The position numbers and the translations under genes were made by a program. This document shows, piece by piece, positions 55,117 to 58,134 of a DNA stretch of 58,134 bases (positions are counted from its first letter, which is position 1; every line of letters starts with the position of its first letter). The stretch comes from Paracoccaceae bacterium (GTDB lineage: Bacteria; Pseudomonadota; Alphaproteobacteria; Rhodobacterales; Rhodobacteraceae). The notes beneath the pieces are model-generated. The model ran no database searches. It was not told the DNA's origin and was given only the letters and a program-made list of their open reading frames with translations. The stretch spans positions 1 through 58,134 of the forward strand of contig JBDNBY010000080.1 in NCBI GenBank assembly GCA_039767595.1, in the 5' to 3' direction.

Positions 55117-56565
55117 ATGAGCGCACATTTGAACTTGATCGCCGGCCAATGGACGGATGGCATTGATACGATTGATAATATCAACCCGTCGGACACGTCA
55201 GATGTCATCGGGCAGTTCGCCCAAGCCAGCCGCGCACAACTGGACGACACCCTCGCCGCGGCGCATGTGGCCCAACGTGAATGGGCCGCCTATGGGCCAG
55301 AGCGTAAACAGGCCGTCTTGATGAACATCGGCAACGAGCTGATGGCACGGGCCGAAGAGCTCGGCGCTCTGCTTGCGCGCGAAGAGGGCAAACCACTGGC
55401 CGAGGGCAAAGGCGAAGTCTATCGCGCCGGTCAATTCTTTACCTATTATGCGGCAGAATGCCTGCGCCAAATTGGAGAGAATGCCGATAGCGTGCGCCCC
55501 AATATCGAAATCGACGTACGCCGCGAACCGGTGGGTGTGGTTGCCGTGATCAGCCCGTGGAACTTTCCCACGGCGACCGCCAGTTGGAAAATCGCGCCCG
55601 CTTTGTGCTATGGCAACGCCGTTGTGTGGAAACCGGCCAATATCACGCCGGCCTCGGCCCATGCCCTGACTGAAATTATTGCCAAGCAAGATATTCCCAA
55701 GGGCCTCTTTTCATTGGTCATGGGCAGCGGTGGCACCATTGGTCAGGCTCTTGTCGAAAGCAAAGCGGTCAATGCCATTTCCTTCACAGGATCCGTGGAT
55801 GTAGGCCGCGGCATTGCCACGGCAGCGGTGCAAAATTTCACTAAAATCCAAATGGAAATGGGATCGAAAAACGCGCTGGCCGTGATGGATGATGGCGATT
55901 TGGACATCGCAGTCTCCGTCGCGCTTGGCGGGGCGTTTGGCGGGACGGGGCAGAAATGCACGGCCTCTTCTCGATTGGTTGTGCACGAGGCGGTGCATGA
56001 CGCCTTTGTTGAAAAACTGATCGCAGGGGCCCAAGCGATGGTCGTGGGTCACGCCCTTGAGGCCGGCACGCAAATTGGCCCTGTGGTCAGCCAAGGGCAG
56101 CTGAGTGAAAATCTCGACTATGTCAAACTTGGCGCATCCGAAGGGGCCGAGCTGGCCTGCGGCGGCGTTCAGGTCGAGCGGGCGACACAAGGCTATTACA
56201 TGACGCCGGGCGTCTTTGTGAACACAACAAACGACATGCGCATCAACCGCGAGGAAATGTTCGCCCCATTGACCTGCGTGATCAAAGTGGGCAGCTATGA
56301 CGAAGCGCTCAGCGTCGTCAATGACACAGAATTTGGCCTGACCTGTGGGATCGTGACGCGCTCGTTGGCGCGGGCCACGCATTTTAGACGCAATGCCCAA
56401 ACCGGTGTGGTCACTGTCAACTTGCCAACGGCAGGTACGGATTATCACGTGCCCTTTGGCGGACGCGGAATATCCTCTTATGGGCCGCGCGAACAAGGCA
56501 AAGCAGCGGCCGAATTCTATACCACTGTCAAAACCGCCTATATCTGCGCAGGAGACCCCTCCTAA
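55117..56565 (+). CDS. NAD(P)-dependent aldehyde dehydrogenase
   Basis: 482-aa ORF. The catalytic Glu (MEMGSKN), the catalytic Cys (GQKCTASSR) and the cofactor motif FTGSVDVG are present. Confidence 0.92.
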   Translation: MSAHLNLIAGQWTDGIDTIDNINPSDTSDVIGQFAQASRAQLDDTLAAAHVAQREWAAYGPERKQAVLMNIGNELMARAEELGALLAREEGKPLAEGKGEVYRAGQFFTYYAAECLRQIGENADSVRPNIEIDVRREPVGVVAVISPWNFPTATASWKIAPALCYGNAVVWKPANITPASAHALTEIIAKQDIPKGLFSLVMGSGGTIGQALVESKAVNAISFTGSVDVGRGIATAAVQNFTKIQMEMGSKNALAVMDDGDLDIAVSVALGGAFGGTGQKCTASSRLVVHEAVHDAFVEKLIAGAQAMVVGHALEAGTQIGPVVSQGQLSENLDYVKLGASEGAELACGGVQVERATQGYYMTPGVFVNTTNDMRINREEMFAPLTCVIKVGSYDEALSVVNDTEFGLTCGIVTRSLARATHFRRNAQTGVVTVNLPTAGTDYHVPFGGRGISSYGPREQGKAAAEFYTTVKTAYICAGDPS

Positions 56566-57557
56566 TGCGGATCGACGCGCTTCAATATGCCAATTGGTCT
56601 GAGAACATCTTTCGCCAAATGCGGCAAGGGCGCGTCGATGCTGTCCATGTGACGATTGCCTATCACGAAAACTTTCGTGAGACCGTGCTGAACATCAAGG
56701 CATGGAACCGGTGGTTCGAACTTTACCCCGATCTCATTATGATGGGCCGCAGCGCAGCGGATATTGACACCGCGCGCGCCACAAATCGCACGGCGATTTT
56801 CTTTGGGTTTCAAAACCCAAGCCCGATCGAAGATGACATTGGATTGGTCGAAATTCTGCACACGCTGGGCGCACGGTTTATGCAACTGAGCTATAATAAC
56901 CAATCGCTCTTGGCGACGGGCTGTTACGAGGCCGAAGACCCCGGGATCACGCGCATGGGCCGCCAAGTGATCAAGGAAATGAACCGCGTCGGATTGGTTG
57001 TCGATATGAGCCACTCGGCCGACCGCTCGACCATCGAGGCAGCGGATATATCCGAACGGCCCATCGCGATCACCCATGCCAATCCTCACGCGTGGCACGC
57101 GGCCCTGCGCAACAAAAACCACCGCGTGATCGAGGCGGTGATTGCCAATGGCGGGATGATGGGATTTTCCCTCTATCCCCATCACTTGGCAGGTAAATCC
57201 GACTGCACCCTCGAAGGGTTTTGCCAAATGATCGCCGATATGGTGGCCCGTTATGGGATCGATCATTTTGGCATTGGATCCGATCTGTGCCAAGATCAAC
57301 CCGATAGCGTGGTCGAATGGATGCGCGTTGGACGTTGGAGCAAAGAGATCGACTATGGCGAAGGCTCTGCTGCCGCCCCAGGTTTTCCACCTCAACCCAA
57401 GTGGTTTGAAAATAATCTCGGATTTGACAATATCGAGACGGGCCTCACATCCTTAGGCATGTCACAAGATGAGGTCAGCGCGATCATGGGTAAAAATTGG
57501 TACCGCTTTTTTGAACAAAACTTTGGGCCGCAGGCCGCCCTCTTGGGGGGCAGATGA
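56565..57557 (+). CDS. membrane-dipeptidase (peptidase M19) family protein
   Basis: 330-aa ORF with an M19 pattern (VDAVHVT, ARFMQLSYNNQS, VVDMSHS, GIGSDL). There is a TAATG overlap with the ALDH stop. Confidence 0.85.
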   Translation: MRIDALQYANWSENIFRQMRQGRVDAVHVTIAYHENFRETVLNIKAWNRWFELYPDLIMMGRSAADIDTARATNRTAIFFGFQNPSPIEDDIGLVEILHTLGARFMQLSYNNQSLLATGCYEAEDPGITRMGRQVIKEMNRVGLVVDMSHSADRSTIEAADISERPIAITHANPHAWHAALRNKNHRVIEAVIANGGMMGFSLYPHHLAGKSDCTLEGFCQMIADMVARYGIDHFGIGSDLCQDQPDSVVEWMRVGRWSKEIDYGEGSAAAPGFPPQPKWFENNLGFDNIETGLTSLGMSQDEVSAIMGKNWYRFFEQNFGPQAALLGGR

Positions 57558-58134
57558 ACCGCGCGGTGCATATCGCCACGCGGCCCGCGACACAGGTGAT
57601 GCGCCTGTCGCGGCTTGGGTCGTTGCACCAATGCCGGCTGAGCTTTATGCGCCAACTCACCCGCCGGATGGCCCGCGAAAACTGGAGCTTTCACTGCGAC
57701 CGCTTTGACATCGACGCCAACGGTGTAGGCGTGGCTTTGCTGCGCGCGCATACTGGCACGCGGGACTACACGCTTGTTGCCTTTTCCCACGACCTGCCCG
57801 CCGAGAAACGCTCCGACCGCGTGATTGCCGAGGCGTGGGATGCGACCTTTACCTTGTTTGACGGGCGCCCAACCGATGCCGATATCGCGCGGCTGCGCGA
57901 AAACGTACCCCTCCAAGAAGCGGGGCGCATCACTCAAAACGAGTTGACCTTGTCCCGCGCCAATCGGTCCGTGCGGCTGTGGTCCTATATTATCGATGCT
58001 CTGGCCAAAGGCACGCAGCCTGATCCGCGCGAAATCGCCAAAGTTGGCTATTTAATGCGCACGACCGCGGTCTATGGATCCGGAAAATTTGGCGCATCAG
58101 ATCGCGAACAAATCGCTGCACGCCCCGAATTCAC
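57554..58134 (+). CDS. conserved hypothetical protein, 3-prime truncated by window end
   Basis: This is my own translation, and the ORF is not in the track because no stop is reached. The ATG at 57554 overlaps the dipeptidase stop (ATGA). The frame stays open for 193 codons to the window edge (MNRAVHIATRPATQ...GYLMRTTAVYGSGKFG). I recognise no motif. Confidence 0.5.
   Translation, partial: MNRAVHIATRPATQVMRLSRLGSLHQCRLSFMRQLTRRMARENWSFHCDRFDIDANGVGVALLRAHTGTRDYTLVAFSHDLPAEKRSDRVIAEAWDATFTLFDGRPTDADIARLRENVPLQEAGRITQNELTLSRANRSVRLWSYIIDALAKGTQPDPREIAKVGYLMRTTAVYGSGKFGASDREQIAARPEF

Noticed and set aside
55711-57395. Minus-strand ORFs of 261 and 277 aa lie opposite the ALDH and M19 dipeptidase genes.
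   Set aside because: They are shadow ORFs. The plus-strand products carry complete catalytic motifs.
57392-57937. A 181-aa minus-strand ORF lies at the window end.
   Set aside because: It competes with a plus-strand frame that starts with an ATGA overlap on the dipeptidase stop and stays open to the window edge. I prefer the plus-strand reading, with only moderate confidence.
1-58134. I searched the whole window for mobile elements, CRISPR arrays, tRNA/rRNA genes and defence systems.
   Set aside because: I recognised no transposase, integrase, phage or restriction/toxin-like product among the ORFs. There are no regularly spaced short repeats. All intergenic gaps are under 200 bp and none folds or reads like a tRNA. 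The window appears to be ordinary chromosomal metabolic and accessory-catabolic DNA.

Overview
This 58.1-kb window is gene-dense and looks like an alphaproteobacterial (Rhodobacterales-like) chromosome; that taxonomic placement is inferred from gene content only. I call 53 protein-coding genes. I saw no rRNA, tRNA, CRISPR array, transposase, integrase or phage gene, and no recognisable defence system.

Gene order:
- 102-4169: a GST-thiolase-FadB-type beta-oxidation operon.
- 4241-9280: a DMT transporter, an acyl-CoA synthetase, an unknown membrane protein and a SPOR protein.
- 9401-12962 (-): a cdd-deoA-deoB-upp nucleoside operon.
- 13099-19715: maeB, prpE, nadK and glyA.
- 20579-28969 (-): a translationally coupled 8-gene gamma-butyrobetaine/L-carnitine catabolic operon. 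It contains an acyl-CoA dehydrogenase, an ADP-forming CoA ligase, CaiD, a BKACE enzyme and L-carnitine dehydrogenase fused to a thioesterase. It also carries three unexplained passengers: a PhnZ/TmpB-like HD-domain protein, a Cys-rich lipoprotein and a Zn-ADH. A divergent CdhR-like regulator gene sits next to it.
- 29986-38231: a TctDE-like two-component system with an orphan binding protein, divergent from tctCBA. The tctCBA genes are fused into one operon with a family III CoA-transferase and a short citrate-synthase-family (citryl-CoA-lyase-type) protein.
- 38237-54148: the most unusual region, a locus I cannot match to any characterised pathway. A 14-gene coupled plus-strand operon and a divergent 3-gene operon share a control region containing a LacI-type palindrome. 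Together they encode a CUT1 sugar-type ABC importer and four SnoaL/NTF2 ester-cyclase-like proteins, three of them double-domain (seven domains in total). They also encode a HisD-like dehydrogenase, a GST, a bicupin, a MetE-like Zn enzyme, a lactonase-type amidohydrolase, a thioesterase, an alpha/beta hydrolase, an HpcH aldolase and an embedded LacI gene.
- 54145-58134: LysR, an aldehyde dehydrogenase, an M19 dipeptidase and an unknown gene truncated at the window edge.

All functional calls come from reading motifs in the supplied translations. No database search was run.
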